Notes under the pieces: generated by a model
Seen by the model: only the letters and a program-made list of their open reading frames with translations
Told to the model about the DNA's origin: nothing
The model's database searches: none
Shown here: positions 8,561-17,767 of the stretch, piece after piece
Position numbering within the stretch: position 1 is the first letter of the stretch
How the letters are laid out: each line of letters starts with the position of its first letter
Position numbers and translations under genes: made by a program
Origin: an uncultured virus (IMG/VR IMGVR_UViG_2852342079_000003)
Lineage: Duplodnaviria > Heunggongvirae > Uroviricota > Caudoviricetes
DNA: 64,000 bases
Direction: 5' to 3' (one strand)
Virus record (IMG/VR): IMGVR_UViG_2852342079_000003

Positions 8561-9286
8561 TTAGCCGTGGAACTTATAAGTAATAGACTGGCTAACTAGC
8601 ACCTTAGCGCATATATAAAGCCCATTAAGAGCATCTTCGTCTAGATACCAAGTTTCATATCTAGGGTTGTCAGATATAACTGCTAGGCGCTTATACTGTT
8701 TCTGCAATCGCTTTATGTAGAGCTGGTTATCCAATACGAACACATAAATCCCGTCACCATCAAAAAAGTTTGTGGTTATATCTACGAATATCTGATCCCT
8801 AGGTTCGAACGTTTCAGCCATTGAATCACCTTTTACAGTGATCATCTTTATCGTATTTGAAGGTCTTCCACCGAATAATCTTTTTGCTTCATCCGCTGAA
8901 TACTCAATAGCCGTGATAGTCTCGATAAAATCATCGATAACCATCACGCCAGCACCTGCACTCGCTTCTACGTCTAGTATTTCAACCTTATAAGCATTAC
9001 TAATACCACCCCCTTCATCCGAGTGCGTACCAGTACTTATGTTGCTGACTTCCGAACTATGGATAACAGGAATAGTTGGCTCTTCGCCATTACCAGACGA
9101 CAACCATTCAGGAGAGACCCTCAGAACTTTAGCTATTTCTATTAATTTTGTTGAATTTTGTGCATTTCCAACCTCAATCTTTTGAATTGCAGCCTGTGAT
9201 ATACCAACAGCCTCGCCTAGTTCTTTTTGAGATAAGCCCGACAATTTACGAGCTTTTTTTAATCGTTGTGCAAGAGTAGTTTTCAT
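8561..9286 (-). CDS. cI: CI repressor (434-like HTH plus S24 peptidase)
   Basis: XRE HTH at N-terminus, VKGDSM and YIKRL autocleavage motifs, AG cleavage site. Confidence 0.92.
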   Translation of the reverse strand: MKTTLAQRLKKARKLSGLSQKELGEAVGISQAAIQKIEVGNAQNSTKLIEIAKVLRVSPEWLSSGNGEEPTIPVIHSSEVSNISTGTHSDEGGGISNAYKVEILDVEASAGAGVMVIDDFIETITAIEYSADEAKRLFGGRPSNTIKMITVKGDSMAETFEPRDQIFVDITTNFFDGDGIYVFVLDNQLYIKRLQKQYKRLAVISDNPRYETWYLDEDALNGLYICAKVLVSQSITYKFHG

Positions 9287-9298
9287 AGTCTTAAATAT

Positions 9299-9359
9299 AC
9301 AACCGCAGTTGTTGGCATTCAAACAAATATAGTTGTTGATTAAAAACAACTAAGGTTTT
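9299..9359. promoter_or_regulatory. OR operators / pR-pRM
   Basis: ACAACCGCAGTTGT (9299-9312), ACAAATATAGTTGT (9323-9336), ACAACTAAGGTTTT (9346-9359). Confidence 0.8.
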
Positions 9360-9391
9360 ATTATATGTAAAATAAACAACGGAGGTTTTTT

Positions 9392-9619
9392 ATGAACGAA
9401 GCAATTAAAACCGCCATTGATATTGTAGGGACACAAAAAAAACTAGGTGAAGCATGTGGCATAACACAGCAAGCAGTTTTTAAGTGGCTACATAACAAGG
9501 CAAAAGTATCACCTGAGCATATCCCATTAATTGTTAAAGCTACAAACGGTCAAGTTAAAGGAAAAGATATTCGCCCTGACTTACCGCACTTATGGGATTT
9601 GGGTAATAAATACTGGTAA
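9392..9619 (+). CDS. cro: Cro-like repressor
   Basis: Small HTH divergent from cI, IRPDL ending. Confidence 0.88.
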   Translation: MNEAIKTAIDIVGTQKKLGEACGITQQAVFKWLHNKAKVSPEHIPLIVKATNGQVKGKDIRPDLPHLWDLGNKYW

Positions 9620-9625
9620 CACAAT

Positions 9626-9635
9626 CGCTCTTTAA
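9626..9635 (+). promoter_or_regulatory. boxA (nutR)
   Basis: CGCTCTTTAA directly after cro. Confidence 0.7.
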
Positions 9636-9761
9636 AAATTCATGCAGTGCCTTTTGACTTCAATCGGCAAATTATTATCAACAATCCGCTCATACGGAAT
9701 GAGCCACGGATCATTACTGCTGTTTCCAATATGGGAAGTAATCTAAGAAGGACTTTAACAA

Positions 9762-10109
9762 ATGGAATGTGCAAAAAATATCAAAGTAGAGTGCTCATCA
9801 AACGAATTGATGACGTTTTACATTCAACAAATGTATTCAGTCGGTAATAACGGACTCGCTAAGGCGCTAGGAATACACCCTTCAAAATCCAGTCGAGATA
9901 AAGCCAGAATATTCGATTTAGCTTGCCAGTTGGTAAGTAAGTTCGGATTACCCCCTGACTCTGTAAATATCAGCGATAAGCCAACGAAAGTTGTTCTTGA
10001 AGGTGATTATGCAGAAAGGGTTATTCAGGCTCTTGAAGGGAAGGGAAAGGTTAAAAGAAAAGCCCCAGCAGTAACTGAGGCTTCTCAACAAATGGACTTA
10101 ACCATTTAG
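9762..10109 (+). CDS. CII-like activator
   Basis: Position after cro; LAKALGIHPSKSSR HTH and KRKAPAVTEAS.Q tail. Confidence 0.75.
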   Translation: MECAKNIKVECSSNELMTFYIQQMYSVGNNGLAKALGIHPSKSSRDKARIFDLACQLVSKFGLPPDSVNISDKPTKVVLEGDYAERVIQALEGKGKVKRKAPAVTEASQQMDLTI

Positions 10110-10122
10110 ACTAACAAATACA

Positions 10123-10138
10123 CTGTATCAATAACCAG
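10123..10138. promoter_or_regulatory. LexA (SOS) box at the oop-like promoter position
   Basis: CTG-TATCAATAAC-CAG just after cII, the location of the lambda oop LexA site. Confidence 0.55.
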
Positions 10139-10205
10139 TATTAAAGGGAAGCTGATTTCTAGCTTTCCTTTTGCTGATACAGCTTAGGAATGGAGAAATT
10201 ATACC

Positions 10206-10379
10206 ATGAGACAAAGAATAAATCATGAATTTAATAGCTGTGATGAGCATAAAAACATCATGAGAAATAGGCTATTACAAGAAATAACCCCACTGGGTTG
10301 TCAGCGTTTAAAGGAAGCATTGAAAGACGCAAAATTAAGGAAAGCACATCGGGATAAGTTATTAGGAGAGCGAAAATGA
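10206..10379 (+). CDS. Small hypothetical protein, 57 aa (MRQRINHEF...), not in ORF track
   Basis: GGAG RBS, ATGA overlap with the replication gene. Confidence 0.6.
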   Translation: MRQRINHEFNSCDEHKNIMRNRLLQEITPLGCQRLKEALKDAKLRKAHRDKLLGERK

Positions 10380-11143
10380 GTATGCTTCTCATGGCAAAAG
10401 CCATGCAATTACAGGTGGGGGGTACAGCACAAAAAATGGTGCTACTGAAACTTGCTGATAATGCCAATGATAAAGGTGAGTGTTTTCCTTCTTATGAAAC
10501 TATTGCACGTCATTGCGAAATTAGCCGTCAAAGTGCGATAAACCACATTAAAAGTTTATGTAAAAAAGGGTTTGTTCGTAAAGTTACGCGAAAAACTGAT
10601 AAGGTGCATACTTCCAATTTATATATTCTGGATTTGGAGGCTAAATCTCTTGATGACGGTAGTCAAAATACAGTACCACCTAGTCAAAATTCTGTACTAG
10701 AGGTAGTCAAAGAATTTGACCACGGTAGTCAAACGGTTGGACTAGGGGGTAGTCAAAAAATTTTACCCAGAACCAGTCAGTCTTTTAACCAGTCAATTAA
10801 CCCTAAAAAATTATCGTCTGACGACTCGAAACCTGCAAAGCAGATTTCAATTAATCGGCAAGCTAACATTCCTTATCAGGAAATTATGCAAGCCTTCAAC
10901 GAATCGGCAGGGGATAGATTACCCAATGCCGAATCACTGAATGACAAACGCAAACGAGCAATATCCAAATTCCTGAAAGAGCTCAAAGAACCCACAGTTG
11001 AATCAGCTAAAAATTATTTTGATTATTTTATGGAAACGGCGAGTGCTTGGTATTTCGGCGAAAATAATCGAGGTTGGCGAGCAAATTTTGATTATTTACT
11101 CAGACCTGAAACGGTACTCAAAACAAGGGAAGGAGCACTGTGA
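10376..11143 (+). CDS. Replication initiator (O-like, N-terminal wHTH)
   Basis: KLADNANDKGECFPSYETIA..CEIS, GWRANFDYLLRP; internal iterons. Confidence 0.85.
   Translation: MSMLLMAKAMQLQVGGTAQKMVLLKLADNANDKGECFPSYETIARHCEISRQSAINHIKSLCKKGFVRKVTRKTDKVHTSNLYILDLEAKSLDDGSQNTVPPSQNSVLEVVKEFDHGSQTVGLGGSQKILPRTSQSFNQSINPKKLSSDDSKPAKQISINRQANIPYQEIMQAFNESAGDRLPNAESLNDKRKRAISKFLKELKEPTVESAKNYFDYFMETASAWYFGENNRGWRANFDYLLRPETVLKTREGAL
10658..10758 (+). repeat. Replication origin iterons
   Basis: Five copies of TAGTCAAA at 10660, 10681, 10704, 10726, 10750. Confidence 0.75.
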
Positions 11144-12528
11144 TGAACCAAGTTCCGAATAATTTAATGGCGGAACAAAATGTTATTGGAGGACTACTGC
11201 TTGACCCGCAAAGTGATAATGCGCAATCAATTTTTTCACTGCTAAAACCTGAAGATTTTTATACCCGACACCATCAAATTATCTATCTCACTCTGCGAGA
11301 AATGTATACCCAACGTATGCCAATAGACATCATGACGGTGACGGATTATCTGGAGTCAAAAGGGCGAATTAATCAATCAGGTGGTTTTGCCTATCTTGCT
11401 GAGATGGCAAGAGAAACACCGAGTATTGCTAACATTATGGCTTATGCGAAAAAAATCCGAGAGTGTTCCGCACAGCGTTTTGTTATCGAAAAGACGGTTG
11501 AAATTCAAAAACTCATGATGGTGCCAAGTGAGTTAAGTTTTACGGATAAAATTGAACAAGCACAACGCTTGCTTGATGAAGCCACTTCGTTTGGAAAAAT
11601 GGGAAAAAAAACAGGGTTGCGCCGAATTGATGATGTGTTGGATGATGTTTTTACCGACATTTGTGACCGACAAGATAACCCAGAGAAACATCGAGGATTA
11701 AAAACGGGATTTAAAGATTTTGACCGCCTATTAAGCCCGAAACAGATTGTTATCGGTTCACTGTTCGTGATTGGTGCTCGCCCTAAGATGGGGAAAACAA
11801 CCGTTCTCACTGAAATGGCAAAAAATGTCTCACAACAAGGTAAGCCTGTATTGCTGTTCAGCATGGAAATGACGGATAAACAGCTTGTAGAACGGACACT
11901 AGCCCAACAAACCCAGATTAATTCAGATAAATTTTACCAAAAGTTAGAGGAGCATGAATGGGATAGGCTTTGCAGTGCCATCGGTCGCCTTAAAGATGAG
12001 CCCAATATTTGGGTGGATGATACACCTGGCATGTCCTTACAACACATTCGTTCTGAAAGTCGGAAAATCAAACGCAAAGTCGGTGATATTGGGTTTATTG
12101 GTGTCGATTACCTCACTCTGATGCAAGCGGGAAAAGCTGACCGTAATGATATTGCCTATGGTGAAATCACTAAGGGGCTAAAAATATTGGCAAAAGAGCT
12201 CAATACGGTGGTTGTGTTGCTTGTACAACTGAATCGGGGATTAGAAAACAGGGCTGACAAACGTCCCGTACCAAGTGATTCAAGAGACACAGGACAAATC
12301 GAGCAAGATTGTGATTATTGGTTAGGCATTTATCGTGATGCGGTGTACCACGATAATGCGGATGAAACGCTGACCGAGATGATTTTAAGGCTCAATCGAC
12401 ACGGTAAAACAGGCACCGTGTATGTTGATCAACAAGGATTGAGTATTACACCGGTTGATCAATATATGGCTGCTTATCGCGCTCAACCGAAACGAGAACC
12501 CAAAAAATATTGTGAAAAATCGTTTTAA
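11140..12528 (+). CDS. DnaB-family replicative helicase
   Basis: GARPKMGKT Walker A, FSMEM, VDYLTL, QLNR, IEQDCD. Confidence 0.93.
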   Translation: MMNQVPNNLMAEQNVIGGLLLDPQSDNAQSIFSLLKPEDFYTRHHQIIYLTLREMYTQRMPIDIMTVTDYLESKGRINQSGGFAYLAEMARETPSIANIMAYAKKIRECSAQRFVIEKTVEIQKLMMVPSELSFTDKIEQAQRLLDEATSFGKMGKKTGLRRIDDVLDDVFTDICDRQDNPEKHRGLKTGFKDFDRLLSPKQIVIGSLFVIGARPKMGKTTVLTEMAKNVSQQGKPVLLFSMEMTDKQLVERTLAQQTQINSDKFYQKLEEHEWDRLCSAIGRLKDEPNIWVDDTPGMSLQHIRSESRKIKRKVGDIGFIGVDYLTLMQAGKADRNDIAYGEITKGLKILAKELNTVVVLLVQLNRGLENRADKRPVPSDSRDTGQIEQDCDYWLGIYRDAVYHDNADETLTEMILRLNRHGKTGTVYVDQQGLSITPVDQYMAAYRAQPKREPKKYCEKSF

Positions 12529-12549
12529 TTCGATAGAGGGATTTTAGAT

Positions 12550-12885
12550 ATGACAATAAAACAACTACAGAAAAAAATTCATCAACAAAACATTGAGGCT
12601 GGATGGTGGGATATCCCAAGGGAAAAAGGAACCTTACTTTGCTTGATCCATTCTGAAATTAGTGAAGCAATGGAGGGAGAGCGTAAAGATCTAATGGATT
12701 ACCATTTACCACATAGAAAAATGGCAGAAGTTGAACTTGCTGATGCTGTTATTCGTATTTTGGATTATGCGGAAGAGTTCGGTTACGACATCGAAAGCGC
12801 TATTACAGAGAAACTCGAATACAACAAACATCGAGTAGATCATCAGCGAGAAAATAGAGTTAAAAAAGGAGGTAAACGATTTTAA
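12550..12885 (+). CDS. MazG-like nucleotide pyrophosphohydrolase
   Basis: LIHSEISEAMEG and ELADAVIRILD motifs. Confidence 0.75.
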   Translation: MTIKQLQKKIHQQNIEAGWWDIPREKGTLLCLIHSEISEAMEGERKDLMDYHLPHRKMAEVELADAVIRILDYAEEFGYDIESAITEKLEYNKHRVDHQRENRVKKGGKRF

Positions 12886-12952
12886 TTTAGCAATTTCCGA
12901 GATGAAACTAGGTGTTTGTATATTTAAAAAATAATGATGGAGAGGTTGTTTA

Positions 12953-13402
12953 GTGACAGATGATATCTGTCTCCATAAATCTAATCTCAACAGTATTTTC
13001 AAAGTGCTCTCCGAAATCGTGACAACAGGTAAACGCTATCGCATCAAAATCACCGAGTGGCGTGATTTAAGAACCATACCCATGAATAAAACATGGCGTA
13101 TGTGGATGGAAACCACAGGCGAGTGGTTACGTGCACGTGGCGTTGTTATCGATATTAAAAATGGTGTCGGTGAAGTTGTTTTATCAAAGCCCATCACTAA
13201 TGAGGAAACTCATGAATATTTCGTTGGACATTGGCTAGGACGCAATGAAAACGGTGAGCGTGAAAAAACCAGCAAGATGGATAAAGCAAGGATGCTTTAC
13301 ATGATGGAGAAACATGAACAATGGTGCATTGAGAAGGGAATTCCGATCATCATTCCTCGTAATTCTGAATATATGAGTTTGAAAAGAAAGCAAGAAGAAT
13401 AG
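12953..13402 (+). CDS. NinB/YbcN-like protein
   Basis: nin-region position; RTIPMNKTWRMW and TSKMDK motifs. Confidence 0.6.
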   Translation: MTDDICLHKSNLNSIFKVLSEIVTTGKRYRIKITEWRDLRTIPMNKTWRMWMETTGEWLRARGVVIDIKNGVGEVVLSKPITNEETHEYFVGHWLGRNENGEREKTSKMDKARMLYMMEKHEQWCIEKGIPIIIPRNSEYMSLKRKQEE

Positions 13403-13480
13403 GAAATAGTGATGATTATTTCAGTTAATAACATGATCGTTTTTATTTTAAAGTGATAAAAAATAGTAATCAGGAGGCTC

Positions 13481-13771
13481 ATGATGAATTTACGCAATGA
13501 GGCAAAAGGGCGTGAATGTCAGATTAGAATACCTTCAGTTTGTAATGGTAACTCTGAAACGGTTGTTTTAGCCCATTACAGAATGTCAGGTCTTTGTGGC
13601 GTCGGAATAAAATCGCATGACTTATTTGGCGCTTGGGCTTGTAGTGCATGTCACGATGAAGTTGATAGACGAACACGATTTACGGATATGGAGTATGCAA
13701 AACAATGTCACCTAGAAGGTGTTTTGAGAACGCAAGCCATATTGATCCAAGAAGGGAAGTTGAACGTGTGA
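13481..13771 (+). CDS. DUF1364/YbcO-like putative nuclease
   Basis: GRECQIRIP.VCNGN.ETVVLAHYR, CSACHDEVD. Confidence 0.8.
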   Translation: MMNLRNEAKGRECQIRIPSVCNGNSETVVLAHYRMSGLCGVGIKSHDLFGAWACSACHDEVDRRTRFTDMEYAKQCHLEGVLRTQAILIQEGKLNV

Positions 13772-14116
13772 AGGTCTTTAATATCGAACCAGTACCTAAA
13801 CCAAGGATGACTCAGGCTGATAAATGGAAAAAACGTCCCCCAGTTTTAAAGTATTTTGCGTTTAAGGACGAAGTAAAGTTAAACAAAATCACCCTACCTG
13901 AATCACATTACATTCATTCTACCCATGCCGAAGAGTTGGAGTAAAACTAAACGCTCCGAAATGAACGGTAAACCCCATCAACAAAAACCGGATAAAGATA
14001 ATCTCGAAAAAGCATTACTTGATGCTATTTTTGACGATGATTCACGTGTATGGGATGGGCGGGTAACAAAAGTGTGGGGAAAAAGGGGGCAGATAATTAT
14101 CCAAGAGGTGCGATAG
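13768..14116 (+). pseudogene. rusA: Frameshifted RusA-family Holliday junction resolvase
   Basis: PVPKPRMTQ.DKWKKRP in one frame and KPDKDNLEKALLDA..DDSRVWD in another; shift near 13905. Confidence 0.8.
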
Positions 14117-14748
14117 TGAATATTGAGTGGATACGCGAGCGAGTAAGTACAGCGTTGATGAATGTTTGTATTATAGAAAATGGGCCGTTAAGTGCCATGG
14201 AGGAACAAGCAATACTTGTAACCGATAGGTTTAAAAGAAACCCAATACGCTATGCGGGTGAAAGAAAGTCTCGATACAGACTCCCCTCACATCCACTCAA
14301 AATTAAGCAAAAACATGCCAAAGGAAAATCAAAACCATTAATTAATGAAGTTACTTATCGCACTTCATCATGGCGCAGAGGTATTCATCAATTGCCTAAC
14401 GAAATGCGCTTATGGTTACTCTATTGCTATGGTGATTATCAATATTATCGTGAGCAAATACTCATTGTTCCCTATATTTGGCATGAGTTTCAGCGATTAA
14501 ATAGTAAAAAAAGGATAACGAAAAAAGTTAAGCAACGACTTCAATCTCTTACCTTACTAGCCATTCAGGCGGTAAAAGCAGAAATTAATCAAACAGCAAA
14601 AAAATATACGGATGTTAAGCTCGCTGGATTGTTGGGCGTCAGTGCTGATGCTTGGCGAAAGAGCTATAAACTGTATTGGATTTGTTTATTAGATTGTTGC
14701 TATCAATTAGATAGAGATTCGCTATTCAAAATTAGCGCTTTAAGCTGA
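14116..14748 (+). CDS. Late antiterminator Q
   Basis: SSWRR..WLLYCYG, LAGLLGVS..W..Y motifs; precedes pR'. Confidence 0.8.
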   Translation: MNIEWIRERVSTALMNVCIIENGPLSAMEEQAILVTDRFKRNPIRYAGERKSRYRLPSHPLKIKQKHAKGKSKPLINEVTYRTSSWRRGIHQLPNEMRLWLLYCYGDYQYYREQILIVPYIWHEFQRLNSKKRITKKVKQRLQSLTLLAIQAVKAEINQTAKKYTDVKLAGLLGVSADAWRKSYKLYWICLLDCCYQLDRDSLFKISALS

Positions 14749-14757
14749 TTAAAAAAG

Positions 14758-14786
14758 TTGCAAAACTCCGTTTTTTTCTATAAATT
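14758..14786 (+). promoter_or_regulatory. Late promoter pR'
   Basis: TTGCAA-17 bp-TAAATT immediately after Q. Confidence 0.65.
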
Positions 14787-14826
14787 AAATGCAATATTTA
14801 TATAATATTATAAATGTAAGTATTTC

Positions 14827-14859
14827 AAACCTCGCTTCGGCGGGGTTTTGTTTTTTTTT
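14827..14859 (+). terminator. tR'-like terminator
   Basis: AAACCTCGC-TTCG-GCGGGGTTT plus T run. Confidence 0.75.
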
Positions 14860-15059
14860 AAAATATATTTATAATTATTAATTAAAAAATTTGTTGGAAG
14901 TTTTTCGTTTTCATTGATTGTTTGTTTATATTTAAGATGAAATTTATTGTTATCCTATAAGAATAAACCTGCAGTGTTTAACTAATAATTAAAATAATAA
15001 ACAGGTATTCTTATCTCTACTATACTCATAATATTCAATTTATAGAGCGAGTATATATA

Positions 15060-15581
15060 ATGATTGATTTGTTTAAGTTAACGAAAAAAAGTTCTAGGCA
15101 TATTGGTATAGCAATATATGTTGGTATTATAGCGGGTATCTTTTCAGCTTTAGTTAAATCTGGTTTTGAAGACCTAATTCCCCCGAGAACACTTGAAACG
15201 ACACCCCCGCCAGTCGTCTTACTCGAAAAGCTTGGATTAAATATAGATACTATGACTTATCATTGGATGGGATATAGTATTAATTGGGGCGGTAATGGTG
15301 TTCATATATTATTCTCAATAGTTATCGCTGTGACATATTGTGTTATTGCTGAATTCTTGCCAAAGGTTAAATTATTACACGGTATTTGTTTTGGTATTGG
15401 CGTTTCTGTTTTTGCTCATGGTTTAGTCGTACCTCTACTAGGATTGTCTGGCTGGCTTTGGACAGCAGGTTATCAAGCATTAATTTCTGAGTTTGTTGGA
15501 ACCGCTTTTTGGATCTGGTCAATTGAAGCGATTAGACAAAATTTGCGTTATTGTTTAACTAAAGAAAATGATGCTGAGTAG
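15060..15581 (+). CDS. YagU/DUF1440-family inner membrane protein (moron)
   Basis: GIFSALVKSG.E..IPPRT, PP..LLE.LG, HILFSIV, SEFVG..FWIWSIE..R. Confidence 0.8.
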   Translation: MIDLFKLTKKSSRHIGIAIYVGIIAGIFSALVKSGFEDLIPPRTLETTPPPVVLLEKLGLNIDTMTYHWMGYSINWGGNGVHILFSIVIAVTYCVIAEFLPKVKLLHGICFGIGVSVFAHGLVVPLLGLSGWLWTAGYQALISEFVGTAFWIWSIEAIRQNLRYCLTKENDAE

Positions 15582-15618
15582 ATAAGGAAGTTCAACCTTA
15601 ATCTGTTATAAATTTCTT

Positions 15619-15643
15619 AAAGATCGCTTAGGCGGTCTTTTTT
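15619..15643 (+). terminator. Terminator after the yagU-like moron
   Basis: AAGATCGC-TTAG-GCGGTCTT plus T run. Confidence 0.7.
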
Positions 15644-15739
15644 CGTATATGCCGACCACAGAATCAATCACCCTCGTTATCACGTTCACACAAGAGCTGT
15701 GAGTCGGCACCTTATTAACTAAATAAATTGGTAAATGTT

Positions 15740-16162
15740 ATGTCAAAAGAGATAAGCGAATTACAGTTTAGTCTTCACTATGCCTCAGAAACAGACAGTG
15801 AAAAGAATACCTCCATCATTTTAACGGCGAATATCCATACGGCTGATGGTGAAACTCAACAACTGACACAATTAATTTGCACGACATCTTCCGCAGGTAA
15901 AAAGCAATATCGAATCGGCTTGCAAAAAATTAGTGATGCTGGTGCTCCATTGCTGGTGGCGATTGAATCCTATTGGCGCAAAAACACACAAGAGAGTTGT
16001 GTTTATTTGTTAGAGAAAGCGAAGCAATTTATTCAAGGACACTTACAACAAACGAATACATGGATATCTATGTATGGTCTTGTGATTGTTTCTAATGCGT
16101 CACTGGAAGAACAGTTGCCTGAAGGTTTATTAAAGACACTTAAAGTATCAATCCCCGCCTAA
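15740..16162 (+). CDS. Hypothetical protein
   Basis: Open frame between moron and holin. Confidence 0.55.
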   Translation: MSKEISELQFSLHYASETDSEKNTSIILTANIHTADGETQQLTQLICTTSSAGKKQYRIGLQKISDAGAPLLVAIESYWRKNTQESCVYLLEKAKQFIQGHLQQTNTWISMYGLVIVSNASLEEQLPEGLLKTLKVSIPA

Positions 16163-16209
16163 TTTTTTTAACACTTTCACACTAATCATCAACGGACACT
16201 CCTCTGGGG

Positions 16210-16485
16210 GTGACTATGCGTATGGAAAAATTAACCAATGTAACTTATGGAACAGCAGGCCTAACGGCCTTTTTTGCCAGTCTTTCGTTATATGAATGGG
16301 GATTTGTTATCGGGATGGCGTTCAGCATGGTTCTCGGTTTAGCCACTTACTTTATGACTCGTCGAGAACAACGAAAACGCACTCAATTATTTGAAAAGCT
16401 TGTTCGTCATGTTGACCCACAAAACCCGACCGAAACCTTAAAAAAGCTTGCTGAATTAATGGTGAAAGCGCCAAAGGATATTTAA
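16210..16485 (+). CDS. Holin
   Basis: Small protein with two hydrophobic segments and a charged tail, overlapping the endolysin start. Confidence 0.8.
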   Translation: MTMRMEKLTNVTYGTAGLTAFFASLSLYEWGFVIGMAFSMVLGLATYFMTRREQRKRTQLFEKLVRHVDPQNPTETLKKLAELMVKAPKDI

Positions 16486-16955
16486 TGTCTCTCAAACAGA
16501 AAATAGCGGTGATAACAACAGCAGGAGCAACAGCCATCGCGTTAGTAGTAATAGCCCATTTTGAAGGTGTACGTTATGAACCTTATCGTGATGTGGCAGG
16601 TGTTCTAACTGTTTGTTATGGACATACAGGCAAAGACATTATTCAAGGCAAGAGATACACACAGCAAGAATGTGATGCGTTATTACAAATCGATTTTATT
16701 AAGACACAACAGCAAGTCGATGCATTAATCAAAGTATCACTCGATGACTACACCAAAGCTGCTTTATATTCCTTTGCTTTTAATGTGGGTACAACCGCAT
16801 TTGCTCGCTCAACATTACTCAAGAAACTAAATGCGGGTGATAGAGCGGGTGCCTGTGAAGAAATAAAACGTTGGGTATATGCGGGTGGAAAGGTTTGGCG
16901 AGGTCTTGTTAGTCGTCGAGAGGCGGAGTCAGTACTATGTCATGGAAACCTTTAA
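16485..16955 (+). CDS. SAR endolysin (GH24 lysozyme)
   Basis: N-terminal SAR segment, FEG..PYRDVAGVLTVCYGHT triad, GLVSRREAE. Confidence 0.92.
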   Translation: MSLKQKIAVITTAGATAIALVVIAHFEGVRYEPYRDVAGVLTVCYGHTGKDIIQGKRYTQQECDALLQIDFIKTQQQVDALIKVSLDDYTKAALYSFAFNVGTTAFARSTLLKKLNAGDRAGACEEIKRWVYAGGKVWRGLVSRREAESVLCHGNL

Positions 16956-17095
16956 TCATCATTATCAGCTTTATTCTTGCATTACTCATTACAGTCGCTG
17001 GTGGCATTTATCTCTTGATTGATAACTCATGTACCAAAGACCAAGTGAGTTTAGAAAAGCGCTGTCAGATTGCACTCTCATATCATCGGTACTAA
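16937..17095 (+). CDS. 52-aa single-TM protein inside the lysis cassette, not in ORF track
   Basis: MSWKPLIIIISFILALLITVAGGIYLLIDNSC...; GGAG RBS; stop 2 nt before Rz ATG. Confidence 0.6.
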   Translation: MSWKPLIIIISFILALLITVAGGIYLLIDNSCTKDQVSLEKRCQIALSYHRY

Positions 17096-17097
17096 TC

Positions 17098-17559
17098 ATG
17101 AAATACGGAAAACTCTATGCCGTCATTGCGATGGTAGGCATTATTGTGGGAGGCTATTGGGTGATTAATTGGCAAGCTAACAGAATTAATCTATTAGTAG
17201 AAACAAACAAAGAACTAACGGAGGCTCTCGAAGAACAGAAGTCTATTAATACTGACTATCAAGCACGCATAATGCGATTAAATCAGTTGGATATTCAATA
17301 TACGCAGGAGCTAGCGAATGCTAAGAATGAAATTAGTCACTTGCGTGATATTAGTGAGCGTCATCCAGAGCGGGTGTACATCAAAGCCGAGTGCCCCAAA
17401 GTCAAAACCACTCCCTCCACCAGCTTGGCTTATGCAACCACCGCCCGACCTACTGACACCGCTATCCGAAATTATTGGTTACTCAGAGAGCGAATTGCAG
17501 AGTCAGAACAGATGATTAAAGGGTTGCAGGATTATATCAAACAAGAATGCATGGAATAA
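17098..17559 (+). CDS. Rz-like i-spanin
   Basis: N-terminal TM, coiled coil, A.RNYW.LRERI..GLQDYI..C. Confidence 0.88.
   Translation: MKYGKLYAVIAMVGIIVGGYWVINWQANRINLLVETNKELTEALEEQKSINTDYQARIMRLNQLDIQYTQELANAKNEISHLRDISERHPERVYIKAECPKVKTTPSTSLAYATTARPTDTAIRNYWLLRERIAESEQMIKGLQDYIKQECME
17318..17515 (+). CDS. Rz1-like o-spanin lipoprotein (embedded)
   Basis: Alternative frame in Rz; lipobox-like QSGC, proline-rich PLPPPAWLMQPPPD. Confidence 0.85.
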   Translation: MLRMKLVTCVILVSVIQSGCTSKPSAPKSKPLPPPAWLMQPPPDLLTPLSEIIGYSESELQSQNR

Positions 17560-17767
17560 AAAAAAGCCCAGCATGGGTGCATGGGCAAACTAACAGGATA
17601 TTAATCAAAGTATAGTGATAATTACTTAGTATAGCTTAAGTAAATATATATATCAGCAATTAGATAAGTCGTTTATCCATTAAGGAGAGTGATCATATCT
17701 TGACTGCTAGGAACAGACTAGAAGTGACCAAAGTAACGTAGTGACACGTGATGATGGTTGCGAATGG

